Below, piece after piece: positions 1-21,696 of a DNA stretch of 64,000 nt. The notes beneath the pieces are model-generated. The model saw nothing but the letters and a program-made list of their open reading frames with translations, made no database searches and had not been told where the DNA came from. The DNA is taken from positions 1 through 64,000 of the forward strand of contig NIVC01002805.1 in assembly GCA_002269645.1 (NCBI GenBank), read 5' to 3'. Positions within the stretch are counted from its first letter, which is position 1. Every line of letters starts with the position of its first letter. The position numbers and the translations under genes are program-made. The stretch is from Macrostomum lignano (lineage: Eukaryota).

Positions 1-147
1 TTATCTACATTATTTACAAAAAACAGTTTGTTATATCTAGCCGATATGTATCGAAAAGCAATATAACAAAGGAGTTAAATACGTTACAATGTGTTTTTGC
101 GAAACTTAGCATTATAAGTATTACGCTCGTAATTTAATTAGGCCTAC

Positions 148-1618
148 CTCAATACCCAACTGCAGCAATGTCGTTAGCACCTGGCTCATATTCCTGCCCT
201 CTTAGAGGTAAACAGTCTGGAAGAGGCTCGATTTTCGAACACCAAAGGCTGAGAAATATCTACAGGTCACACATAAACGATAAAAGAATTTGAGCAACTT
301 GAGCTGGATTAATTACTGAACGAATATATTCAACTCAAATAGAAGTCTCACGCCAATATTCTCGATCTGTTTTAACGGAGAGCTCATTTTTGTAAAGGAT
401 ATTCGACGTTGTAGTTTCTTTGCCTCGTCAGTCAGATTCAGGCCCCACTGAAGAATTCAGCACAACCTCCGGTGTCCTCCAGGGCGACACGCTGGCTCCT
501 CTACTCTTCATTGTTGTAGTAGACTATGTTCTTCGCCGATGCCTGCGTGAAGATGATGGCTATGTGCTGGTCTCACGTCGAAGCTCCCGACATCCCTCCG
601 TCTCGCTGCCTGCTCTAGCCTATGCTGACGACATTGCCCTTCTGTGTCGCGATCCGGCTGCTGCTCAACGGGCTCTGTCTAGACTCTACGAAGAGGGCAC
701 CCGAGTTGGCTTGGTGATCAATGCATCCAAGACTGAGGTGCTCCACGTGGGCACTGCAACTACCCCTGCGCTAGCTCTACCAAACGGAGAAGTCGTCAAG
801 GTGTGCGAGGACTTCCGCTACCTCGGCTCTCTTGTCTTGAGCCCCGACACCATTGTCTCTGACAGGAGAACTCAAGCCTGGCTTGCGGCACGCATGCTCA
901 GGAGCATCTTCAATTCAACCGCGCGCGACGATCTAAAGATGCGCCTTTTCCGCACTGCCGTTGAGCCTATTCTTCTGTATGGCATAGAAGCTGTACAAAT
1001 GACTGCGACGCGACAGCAAGCCCTGGATGCCCACTACAGGTCGGTGCTCCGCTATGCCCTGGGTGTGCACTACCCTGATACAGTGCCGACCAGGGACCTG
1101 ATGACTCGCGCTGGTATTCCCGCGCTCAGCTGCACTATCCGCAAACGCCGACAGATGTTACTTGGCCATTGCCTAAGAAGCTACGGCCGCGGCGAGCAAA
1201 ATCCTCTGGCGCTGGCTCTCCTGCATCAGCCCACTGAGCGTCTGCGCCGTGGCCAAGGCCGAACTGTGACGCTAAATGATACGTTTCTGACTGACTTGCA
1301 GGCCATCGGACTCAGCCCCCAGTCCGCCATGACTTGCCCTTCTCGGTTGTTCTGCGAACGCGTCCGCGCAAAGACTAGCTAGATGTCCTTTTGTCTGTGC
1401 TTCTCTCTGCGTCGCTATATATATATATATAGTCAGATTCGTTGAGCCGTCAAGCAATAGTAGGTATTGACAAGTTGCACCAGCACAGAGCCGTCCTTCA
1501 GCGCCGCCTGCAGCTCCTTGCAACCTGTTTGGCAGCTTCGCCTCCGGCACCACAATGTTGATCCAGGCCACTACCTCCGCCTCGGCCTGCGTGTCGTATA
1601 TGTATACTTGCCGTTTAA
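148..1618 (-). pseudogene. Myophilin/calponin/transgelin-like CH-domain pseudogene, interrupted by a LINE
   Basis: Minus-strand pieces read LNGKY/DTQAEAEVVAWINIVVPEAKLP/TGCKELQAALKDGSVLVQLVN/LLLLDGSTNLT[LINE]DEAKKLQRRISFTKMSSPLKQIENI. A further exon at 259..148 reads YFSAFGVRKSSLFQTVYL*EGRNMSQVLTTLLQLGIE. These match calponin-family motifs (KYD..EAE...WI, LKDG.VL..LVN, KQ.ENI, LFQTV.L.E). Lesions: 8-bp insertion near 1600, +1 and -1 indels, in-frame TAA at 204..202, and the LINE at 440..1430. Confidence 0.85.
440..1430 (+). mobile_element. 5'-truncated RTE-clade non-LTR retrotransposon (RT C-terminal half, short 3' UTR, (TA)n tail)
   Basis: The ORF ending at 1382 has RT motifs GVLQGDTLAPLLF, YADD, INASKTEV and YLGS, plus an RTE-type C-terminus (LLYG.E, IRKRR..LLGH). 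The (TA)n tail is at ~1416..1430. An exact 10-bp direct repeat AGTCAGATTC lies at 430..439 and 1431..1440 (TSD). Confidence 0.93.
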
Positions 1619-2641
1619 CTAAGTAATATGAATTGTGAATTATTATTTTTATTTCGATACATATCGGTAACAGGAAATTACAGAATTGTGTGAATATTTG
1701 GCACAAGTATGGCTGTTTTCTAAGTTAAAGATCAGAAAAACTAATAAAAAACTATCGTTTTCATGTTGGTCGATTTGAAATTCTAGGATTTTTTTCATCT
1801 TAGCACTACGATCAATTTAGTCTAGACAATTTTAAATACGTGTTTTTACGGCGGTATTTGTGCATCTTTAATCTGGGATCCCCACGCTAGTGCGAATCTC
1901 CAGGGAATAATAATATATGTTATGCCGGCTGTTGGATTGGAAAATTATTCCAGTTTATAAAAATGTCCTCAATTTACAATTTACATTGTGACATTTTATA
2001 TTGAAAAGAATCTTTTAACGTTATATTCACTAGTACTAGTAGACAACAGTAGCATGAGTAGCGGTTTTCGTTATTTCGTTTTTGCTTCTCCTTAGGCAGG
2101 CGACGGATCGCGACGAGGAATCCAACGCCTCCGCAACGCAACAGAAATGATTCCTTGCATGCAACACACACACGAACGAGCCTACCTTTCAAAAAGCTTG
2201 GTTTTGAAACACCCCAGCAGTCTGCTTCCAACTCACTCAAATCTATACGCGGAGTCGTAGTTTTGGACTACGCAACCAAAATCATAATAATGCTAAATAG
2301 TAAAAAAAAATCGGAATTGTGGCTTGTTGCATCACATTACGAAGCACGATGATAGTAATTAATTAATTAAGCCCATATAAAACACTTGCACTCCCGACTC
2401 CTCCAATGTCTGACTCATGCATCAGCGTAAAACGGCAAACTAAGTGTGGACTAATTACATTCGTGTTGAGGCCAAATGCATAGACAATGCAATCTACCAT
2501 AGTCAAAGCCTACAGCTTTATACGTTTAGTCACTTTTTCAATTTTCGTTTTCGTTCTCGTCGTTGAGGGTTTGTAGAGAAAGCATTACTTAAAATAAAAA
2601 ACTTTCGGCTTTAAAATACATATTGCCGAGCATTACGTAGA

Positions 2642-2724
2642 GCCAGGATGGCCGAGAGGTTAAGGCGGTGGACTTAAGATCCACTGGGCAAGCGCCCGCG
2701 TGGGTTCGAACCCCACTTCTGGCA
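2642..2724 (+). tRNA. trnL-UAA: tRNA-Leu (UAA)
   Basis: 83 nt. Acceptor stem GCCAGGA/TTCTGGC, anticodon arm GTGGA-CTTAAGA-TCCAC, long variable arm, GGTTCGAACCC T-loop. An oligo-T Pol III terminator follows at 2730..2735. Confidence 0.96.
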
Positions 2725-3265
2725 TAGTATTTTTTGAAAAAGGTTATCTTTGTTATTGTTAACGGGTCATGCAACTTATATTTTATCCAATCCAACTCAA
2801 AACATTGTGAGATTGTAAGAAATGAAGTCTTGAATTCGTAAATTATAACTGATCCGACTCCATATTATTCTCATGCAAATGGGCGCATTTATGAGAGTAG
2901 CGAGCTGCGCACATTGGCGTATTTTTAATATACTAAACGTCAAAAAAAATTCTCAAAAGAATCTACTGACATCTTGGAATCTTTGAATGTTACAACTTAA
3001 TTTTTCTATCTAAATTACACTACATTTGATTAACTACAATGTCTCACACGATTCCTTGTGATTAATTGTTAGATAATGCTTTTAAAAAAATTGCCGATAT
3101 GTATTGAAAGTAACATTACGTGGTGAAATAGTTTCAATTAGAATACTCACATATAGCTGTCTCAGACTCTCAAACAAGATTTAAGTACCCAGTGAACTAA
3201 GCTGGACACTTAAGGTAGTTTTCTTGAGGAGCAGATTAAAGCTGTGTATATACTCGTATACATAT

Positions 3266-4760
3266 TTAATTTGAACTGAAAAGCTCGCTGCCACCGGCTT
3301 GCTGTGCTTGCTGGCTCCCTGTCGATGCCAGCAGGTCGGTGTAGTGCCGCAGCTGTTGCTGCACGGGCGCCAACAGGCACTCGGTCGCGCAGGGCAGCAC
3401 CCTGGCCAGCGCCGAGTTCATCGGCAGGGCCACACCGCCGATGAAGCCGCACTGACTCTTCGCTTTGCCGGCGAATCTCTCCGGGTCCATGACTGCCAGG
3501 GGTTCGATTCCTTGGCTGCGTTCGAGTCGGGCCTCGGCGAAGAATTCCTCTAATAGGCAGTCAATCCAGCGTTCTGCCGTTGCTAGGGGCCGTGCCTCGT
3601 TGCTAAGATCGGCCGCTTTGATCATCATTAGGAGAAGGGCGTCTCGGTGGCGTCGATTTTCAAAATTGAAGCCTGAATCGGTGCAGGCCTGAAAATTTTG
3701 GGCTTGATATTATTATTATCGATACATATCGGCCGGATTAATATACATTTATGTGATTGTCGAAGTATATCGTTAAGAAAACTGTAGCTTGATATGAATT
3801 GTATACTTACAATACTGATGCAAACCTAAGGGAAATTTCCACTTGACATAATTACTATAATGCAAGCTAGAGGATTTTATACATTGCATGCATATGTTAA
3901 CGTATGAAATAACTGTATTGGATGCCTCATTATATACCTGTACATTGCATGTGGTATCAAATACACCAGAGTTGGTGTACCCAATACCCAAGAGTTAGGG
4001 TACCCAATACACCAGAGTTGGTGTACCCAATACACCAGAGTTGGTGTACCAAATACCCGAGAGTTAGTGTATCCAATACCCGAGAGTTGGTGTACCCAAT
4101 ACACCAGAGTTGGGGTACCCAATGCCCAAGAGTTGGGGTACCCAATACACCAGAGTTGGGGTACCCAATACACCAGAGTTAGTGTACCCAATACACCATA
4201 GTTGGGGTACCCAATACCCGAGTTAGTGTACCCAATACCCGAGTTGGTGTACCCAATACCCGAGCTGGATCGAGTATCTACTACAAAGACTGCCACAAAG
4301 ACTGCCCACCTGGAACTCGGCCATCACGGCCGAATGCCTGGCCAAATCCGTGGCCAAAATCAGTCGAGCGATGCGACGCCTCGCGTAGCGAAACTCCTGC
4401 GCTGTCAGGCCCGACAGCAGGCCGCGGCCCACCAGGGACATCGCCGTGGCCAGGTGATGTCGTTCCAGCGTGGCCTCGGGGCCGTAGCAGGCGGACAGGC
4501 CGGTGCCAGCGCTGCGCTGCCAGTGGTTGGAAAGGCCGGGGTGATCCAGGTCGTGACAGGCGGCGGCGGTGAGCAGGCAGAGCAGCTCCAGCTGAGGCGG
4601 GGCGGGAACAGGAGGAAACTTGAGAGAGTTTGATGCTTCCCTTAGCGATAAGGCAGCTCCGGCTTCTTATAGTTCAGTTAATCAGTCAGAAAATTGACGA
4701 GCTAATCAATCAATTAAATGAAATAATAGTTTACCCAATAAACAAATCAATCAATCAATT

Positions 4761-4799
<39 letters not shown>

Positions 4800-4871
4800 T
4801 AATCAATCAATCAGTCAAGCAATCAATCAATCAATCAATCAATTTAACAATTAATCAGTCAAGCAATTAAT

Positions 4872-4931
<60 letters not shown>

Positions 4932-6788
4932 TTAACAATTAATCAGTCAAGCAATTAATCAATCTCTCACCCGAGGCACCCTCAGCCACAGCTGGTCAGC
5001 GCAGGCCAGGCAGTAGACCATCTGTGTCACCATGAAGCAGTGCTGGAAGTTGTGAAACGGAACCCTGTTGTAGCTCTGGTACACCTGCACCAGAAAGTTG
5101 TCAAGCGCACCATCCCCGATGCCGAGCCGGCCAGTCAGGCGCAAGTCGTGGAACATTGCTCGCAGGAACACCGCCAGCTTCTCCTCCGGCCAGTCCCAGT
5201 TGGAGAAGTCTGGCCGCTTTAGCGCTTCGAGTTCAGACTCCGAAACCGAACAGGCGCCCCATCTCTGCACCGGGAGCTGCAGATGACGGCGAATTCGGCG
5301 GGCCGCCGATGCCGGAGTCCGAGGCACCGCGACTTCCACCGATTGATGCTGGTGGTGGCGGCGGCTGACACAGCGCGACAGAGTTGATCCAATGTTGCCG
5401 AGGCTGCAGGCGTGGAATTGCAATCAGAGTTCACTTGCCTGGGACTCAGTGCTTCAGCTGTCTTGCTTTGGGTTATAGCTCTGCGTGCTGATTGCATGCG
5501 AACATCCCCAGTTCTTCAGCGAGTCACCTCTCACTCCCCCAGTTCCTAAGTGGTTCCTTTTCCCCCACATCCCCCAGTTCCCCAGTGGGTCACCCCTCAC
5601 TCCCCCAGTTCCTAAGTGGTTCCTTTTCCCTCACATCCTCCAGTTCCTTCCTAAGTGGGTCATCTTTCCCTCACATCCTCCAGTTCCTTCCTAAGTGGGT
5701 CATCTTTCCCTCACATCCTCCAGTTCCTTCCTAAGTGGGTCATCTTTCCCTCACATCCCCCAGTTCCTAAGTGGGTCATCTTTCCCTCACATCCTCCAGT
5801 TCCTAAGTGGGTCATCTTTCCTTCACATCCTCCAGTTCCTAAGTGGGTCATCTTTCCCTCACATCCTCCAGTTCCTAAGTGGGTCATCTTTCCTTCACAT
5901 CCTCCAGTTCCTAAGTGGGTCATCTTTCCCTCACATCCCCCAGTTCCTAAGTGGGTCATCTTTCCCTCACATCCCCCAGTTCCTAAGTGGGTCCTCTCTC
6001 ACTCCCCCAGTTTTTAGCGCAGGTCACCTCTCACACCCCATGCAGTTCCTCAGTGGGTCACCTCTCTCACTCCCTCAGTTCCTCAACAGGTCCTCTCTCA
6101 CTCCCTCAGTTACTCAGCGGGTCAACTCTTACCTCCGCCAATTTTCTGCGGGTCACCTCTCACTCCCCAATTATAATCAGCGGGTCACCCTCACCCTCCA
6201 GTTCCTCAGCGGGTCACCTCTCACTCTCCCACCAGTTTTTCAGTGGGTCAACCCTAACTCCCCCAGTTCCTCTGCAGCCTATATCAATATACGTGTACAT
6301 ATAGAATGGTGTATTCTCTCACCGAGCATGAATGTCGTCAAGTTGATTAAGTATTTTTAGCAGCAGCTCAGCGCTTGAACCGGCTTCTCTCAACTTCTTA
6401 ATGCGCACATGTACAGCAGGAGGTGTTGGAGCAGCAATTCCTGGAACGAGAAGCTGATCTTTGAGCTCACGCAGCTCTGCATTGTTGATGATGCAGTCAG
6501 ACGTCGGACTCGGCAGGCGGTCCCGACAGATCCAGACACTCTGTTCCAGCGTCACGCGTCTAATCCGACGCCAAGAGTTGATGCGGCTAGTGTGCAGAGT
6601 GCCGCCGTCCGGTCTTCAACAATTAGAGCGTCGACATCATCGACAGCGAGCGCTAGACGGAGCCTGAGCACCAGCTGCAGTTCACCGTCCGGGCCGCCCT
6701 GCGAGTCTTCACAAGTGAGGCAGACTGACCTGCCGGTGTCCCGGCACCGGAACTGGCACCGCCTAGCCATGGAGAAGTGAGCTGTCAT
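3266..6788 (-). CDS. PDE9A: PDE9-like class I cyclic-nucleotide phosphodiesterase (4 exons, one apparent -1 frameshift)
   Basis: Exons 6788..6323, 5403..4971, 4591..4310 and 3688..3266, with GT-AG introns and matching phases 2/0/0. Catalytic motifs FHNFQH, CHDLDHPG, LERHH, ATD, KAADLSNEARP and SQCGF align best with PDE9 as I recall it. Exon 1 needs one extra base near 6556 to stay in frame, and the start codon is uncertain. Confidence 0.85.
3961..4264. repeat. ~21-22 bp minisatellite (TACACCAGAGTTGGTGTACCCAA) in PDE intron 3
   Basis: Visible tandem copies; source of the spurious ORFs at 3877..4296. Confidence 0.95.
4745..4962. repeat. (AATC)n microsatellite in PDE intron 2
   Basis: Direct tetranucleotide repeat. 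Confidence 0.95.
5505..6275. repeat. ~33 bp minisatellite (CCTAAGTGGGTCATCTTTCCCTCACATCCTCCAGTT-like) in PDE intron 1
   Basis: Tandem copies that degenerate towards 6275. Confidence 0.93.
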
Positions 6789-7502
6789 CGTTGCGAGAAG
6801 CGACAAGGAGCTTACAGATATATATATGCGATCAATTTCCTCTTTGCGGAAGATGGGCAGAGCGCAGAAGCTCCCATGCAGTTAGCTATGTTAAAGCTAC
6901 AAGCACGCACTCTAAGGTTATGCTCAAAGGGTTTTTAAAGCCAATGGAAATACGGCAAAGAAACTAAAATCACTGCTGTTCGCAGCTTCAGCCAAATATG
7001 TAGCAGCTGTCTGAAAAGGAAGTCAAAATTAAATTGTCACAGCAAGTATTCTGTAGGATGGAGACAGGGGAGACTGGGAGAATTTCGTTTCCAGGCATTT
7101 TCTCGCCCCGTCAAAAGATTGCTGGCTTTCCTTTGCCGCTGCTAATTCGATTAGCTAGCTCAGGCTCTCTCCTTATTTGAAGTATCCATTTAATTCTGCG
7201 CAGCGTCTTATCTTGTTAAACTTGCTCTTTCATCACACACTTTGTCAACTCTCCAGCTGTTTGGGTACTTTGTGTGTGTGTGTCCTCATTTTTTTCAGAG
7301 ATAAATGCAATTTAAAGCAAGGAAGCTTTGTATACTACTATTGGTAAACGAAAATGATTACAGTTAAAACAGCAATAAGTTATTAGTTATATTTTACTTA
7401 AATACCAAGCTGCTGTTAATTTCAACGCACTAGTAGAAAGCGTTTTTTAAAGAAAGTAGATGTACAAAAAAATTAGACAGGAAAAATCTACGATAAAAAT
7501 GG

Positions 7503-7574
7503 TGCGACTGCCGGGAGTCGAACCCGGGTCGAATGCTTGGAAGGCATCCATGCTAACCGTTACACCACAGTCGC
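7503..7574 (-). tRNA. trnG-UCC: tRNA-Gly (UCC)
   Basis: Reverse complement GCGACTGTGGTGTAACGGTTAGCATGGATGCCTTCCAAGCATTCGACCCGGGTTCGACTCCCGGCAGTCGCA: 72-nt cloverleaf with TCC anticodon and a TTTTT terminator just downstream. Confidence 0.96.
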
Positions 7575-10500
7575 TTCGTTGAAATAAGAGAGTGTATTTA
7601 CAATATAAAGGCGTACTTCAAAACTAAATGACTTTCACAGGTTTGCATAATTCGCATTCATAAAACGTACGCCTTACGGAATACGACTTAGGATTCGGAT
7701 AGTCATTGTATAAAAGACTGGTTTGAGTCCAAATAGTGGATATAAATTACCATACTTAGATATACGACTGTGACAGCTGGAGTATTTTCTTTGTTTTTAT
7801 AACAAGAGCATTTTTTATGACGAGCGAGAGCTAATGCTATCAGCACAGCAAATATCGTTTTAATTTACTAGAAAAGAAAACGAAAAAAATGAATACTCAA
7901 CACTAAATTTATTTACTAATTTAGTTACGTAGTCCCAGTATTTGGAGTCACAAAAATAACGGCATTCGAAGCTAAAGTAAGGAGGCTAAAAATAAGGGCA
8001 TTAGACAGAAGCAAACGTTTGCGATTCATCTTTGTCGGTTCTTTATTAAAAGTAGAGGACGAAACTTATTTTTTATTTTAACAAAAACCGACTAAAGTTC
8101 TTTTAAAAACGATAAAACAAATTTTCAACATGTTTTGTTTCGTAGTAAAAACGGAACAGTTAGGGCAAATACGTCGGAGGATAGTACTTAACGTTTTTGT
8201 TTTGAAGCATTAGCAAAAAGGAAAGCTTTTTATTTAGTTGAATTATTATTTTAAAAGCTTCATTAGGCCTATTGGCGTAATATATTTTAACCAAATGATG
8301 AGAATCACCCGGTATGTGGCTAATGTTAGTTCAATTGTTGGACAGTTGGTTATTGCAAGAGTTGTGTTAAATAGAATTAAATTATTATAATAAATTAGTG
8401 AATTATCATTATCAGCGGGGCTAGCATGAGCATTTTTTGAGCTATGGCCGTTTTGAGCTAGGACTAGAAGAGCAGCTCTTCATTCAAGAGCTGACTTTTT
8501 AGGCCTATGTCTAGGCCTATGTATTAATTGGGAATTCAGTGAGCGACGTGCGTCCTGATTTCCTTCTGTGACATTCCAATATGCACTCAAAAACAAACTC
8601 AGATAAAAATTAGATTTTTTGAAAATAAAAAGCTGCAGTGGCCACAATGGCAATGCAAATTTTGCAAATTATGAAGGCCTAATTATTACTTAATGACATT
8701 GTCTTACTCTTAGATTCTAAAATAAAATAACCTAAATAAATCAGTAAGTAAAAAACTTCTTCAAAATATATTTTTATAATACTAAGATTAGGAACTGAAC
8801 TCTAAAGAGTTGTTTAAGTATTTTTTGTATTTTTTTAATTTGTCTTTGATTAATCTTTTGATTTTTTTTGAAAAATCCTTATGGAGGCCTATTTTGTAAT
8901 TGGCACCTTAGAGCCTAGAGACCCTATTGCAATTATAGCAGCCAATAAATGGTCATAATTGCAAATAATATTTACCATAGATTAGCCTTTAGGCCTCAGT
9001 AGTATAGACATAGACCATGCCCTATATGGTCTATGTTCATTGGTGCGTGCATTGGCTTGATATAATATATTGGACTTCTTCAAGTTTATGTTGATAAAAT
9101 GGTTGGTTTTAAGCTACATATAATTGGATTAAAGCTACCTAAAAATGAAGCTCAAATTTGAAATCAGCACCATCAAAAACCTGTATAGAGACAAAATTAT
9201 GATCCTAGGCCCCTATCCAAATTGAAACTATTTTATCAACAAACAAAAACTTGAAGAAGTCCATATATATTAAATGGAGTTGTCTGCTGTAGTTTAGACT
9301 TTGGCTGTAATAGGGTGGCAGGGCCTAAGGTAAGGATATATTTAAAATATTATAAAATGAGGATACAATGCAATGACCAATGATACCAAATATAAATAAG
9401 ACCTAGAATTGAAACACTTGATATTATCATATATATTACCTAGAGCAGTGCAATGCCATGCCCATACTAAACAAATTGAGGCCAAAGGTAGAATATAGGC
9501 CTAATCTTTTTAAAAGTTTTATTTTAAATTTTTAATATTTTAATATTGCATTTCCTTAGTAGGCGTATTAGATATTGGCTATATAGTACTTAAGGATGAT
9601 ATACTTTTGCCTTAAAAATTTTGGTGCATAAAAGCCTTTTTGGCCCTTTTACTTTTGCTTAAGTTAGGTCAATAGGCCCTAGCTCAATGCATTTAATAAA
9701 GACAAAATAGTAACAATTTCGCATAGCGCAAGCTGCATATTTAAATTTAAATAAGCATAGCATTTTGAATATAAAAAATATATATTGATACTTACCTACC
9801 AACAAACCATTTTAGTATTTGGATTTTATTTAAAATTTGTATATTTCTAAACTTTAAATTATTTAAATGTAATTTTAATTTAATTTTTGTTTAAAAATGT
9901 TTTAGCAACATAGTATAGTCATAGACATGATATTGACAATGTGGTACTATGATTTTGTTTTTTGTAGGTTATTGTTAATAATATGTTTGCCTAAGAATTA
10001 TTTTTTGCTATATTTTAGATATTACTTTTTTGTTTTTTAGTTAACTAATTTCTATACATAATGTACCTTTCTAGCTATTTTCCTTTATATTTTGAAAATA
10101 AATCTAAATTAATATATATACATGCGCAATAGTTGGCCAAGTCGGCCAATCTGGCTGACCAGTTTGGTAGCCAACCAAGGTAAGTCACAAAAATGCCCAC
10201 CCACCTAAATAAATACCCAAGTAATACTAAGTAGATAACGAGGCATTTTGCCTTAATAAGACAGTTATAGTTACTCCTGCCATTTATCCAAATTTGCATT
10301 AATTTTTGCTTTAGTGTTTCTTTTACATGTAACTCACATTTTTGGCCAAAAACTATTGCATTTTTGTAGAAACTAAGTCGCATGGCCGATCAAATTTTGG
10401 AGGTTGCACATGTATGTTAATAGAAGCTTTGTTATAGTGCTTTTAAAAGTTAGTTTTATACCTAAAAAAGTATAAAACTTTTTTGCCATCTATACTTAAA

Positions 10501-11004
10501 ATGGTTTGTTAATAGGTTGATATGTTAATATTTGAAAAGCATGCTTTTTTGCAAAGGTCAAGCAGACTTTTCAACTTAAATACATTGTAAGAATGCTAGA
10601 GAAAAAATAATTGGTTGAATTCTGATTCTAATAAAGATTGCATTATAACTGAATTATCAAAGCTCTGACTTGAATTGTGGCAGTATTGAAGACATTGTAG
10701 AAGCAGCATGAGATTTGAGTTATATTGTATCATTATATTGTTACCTTTAATTTGGCTAATATTCTCCAACTGAGATATTGATCATGTCATAACTGCTTCT
10801 TGTGACTTTTACTCAACTGACTTGGTGTGAGTATTCAATTATAAATGGCATAATTCATTTTATAAAGTTGATAAGAGCTAGCCTAGAAGCAAATTGACTG
10901 CACTGCTAATGTAACAATGTGTTTAAATCTTAATAGTATATGTTTTTGTTAGAAGCTTTTATAAAAGGATTTATTAAATAAAAGAATTATTGCAATAGAT
11001 CAGA

Positions 11005-11270
11005 AAATCATTATTGCACTTGATAAGAAAAAAAAATTATTAGTGAAAAAAAGATTATTGTTCTAGATAAAAAAGAATTATTATAGTAGATGAGAAAATG
11101 ATAATTGTGCTATATCAGAAAATGATTCTTGCACTAGATAAGAAAATGATTATTGCACTAAATCAGAAAATGATTATTGCACTAGATAAGAAAAAGATTA
11201 TTGCATTAAATCTCAAAATGATTATTGCATTAGATAAAAAATAACTGTTGCACTAAATCAGAAAACCCTA
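11005..11270. repeat. Degenerate ~24 bp AT-rich tandem repeat (GATTATTGCACTAGATAAGAAAAT-like)
   Basis: Recurring ATTATTGCA...AGA(T/A)AAGAAAA units. Confidence 0.7.
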
Positions 11271-11821
11271 TAAGAAAAAATTGTAAAACTGTGGACAGTG
11301 TCCGGTTCACTTTTGAAATTTTTCTAAAGTGCAGTGTGTGCACAGGTGCATAGTGCCTGCGCACATGCTGCCCTTTCCTGCTGGCTACTGCTCTAGCAAA
11401 TAAATATAGAAAGGGGCCTAATGCCTCTATAGAAGGGGCCTATACACTCGTCATTTATAATGCTTAAAGATGTTCTAAAATTTCAATTTTGATTTTCCAA
11501 AATTTGAAATTTTGAGGAGCAAATTTCTATTTTAAAAAAATTTAAAAGTCAAAATTTTGAAAGTGGCTAAAAATTAACTAATTTCTATTACATATACATG
11601 TATTTTGTTTTGCATAAGCAGTAAAAAGTGTGTTAGTTATACTAAACTTTGTTAACTTTGCTATTTGGTAGGTGCTAGCTATCTAGGGATTCTTGCTATC
11701 CAGGGATGCTTGCTATTTGGGGCAATGCTTGCTTTCTGGGGGATTCTATTTAGGGGAATGCCTACTATCTTTGTGAAGGTTTTATTTAGATGTCAATAAT
11801 TTTCAATTAGAAAATTTCTTC

Positions 11822-21542
<9,721 letters not shown>

Positions 21543-21696
21543 TGCAGAAGTTAACAGAGAGTATTTTTAATCTAAAATATAATGTGCAATGCATTTGCTG
21601 TATTTTTGTGCTAATTTTACTAGTGTTGTTTTTGTTTATTTTTGTTTGATCTTTTATCTCGCGTGAATTCCTTTAAGCATCCCAGGAATCCCTCCT

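Noticed and set aside
2096-2150. Plus-strand terminal-exon-like segment after TTTTGCTTCTCCTTAG (QATDRDEESNASATQQK*)
   Set aside because: Only 18 codons, with no partner exon or homology in the window.
8467-8481. Inverted repeat GAAGAGC-A-GCTCTTC
   Set aside because: Too short and isolated; expected occasionally by chance in 64 kb.
9439-11397. CTAGAGCAGT ... ACTGCTCTAG as possible transposon TIRs around the AT-rich block
   Set aside because: Only 10 bp of inverted match, no TSD and no transposase remnant.
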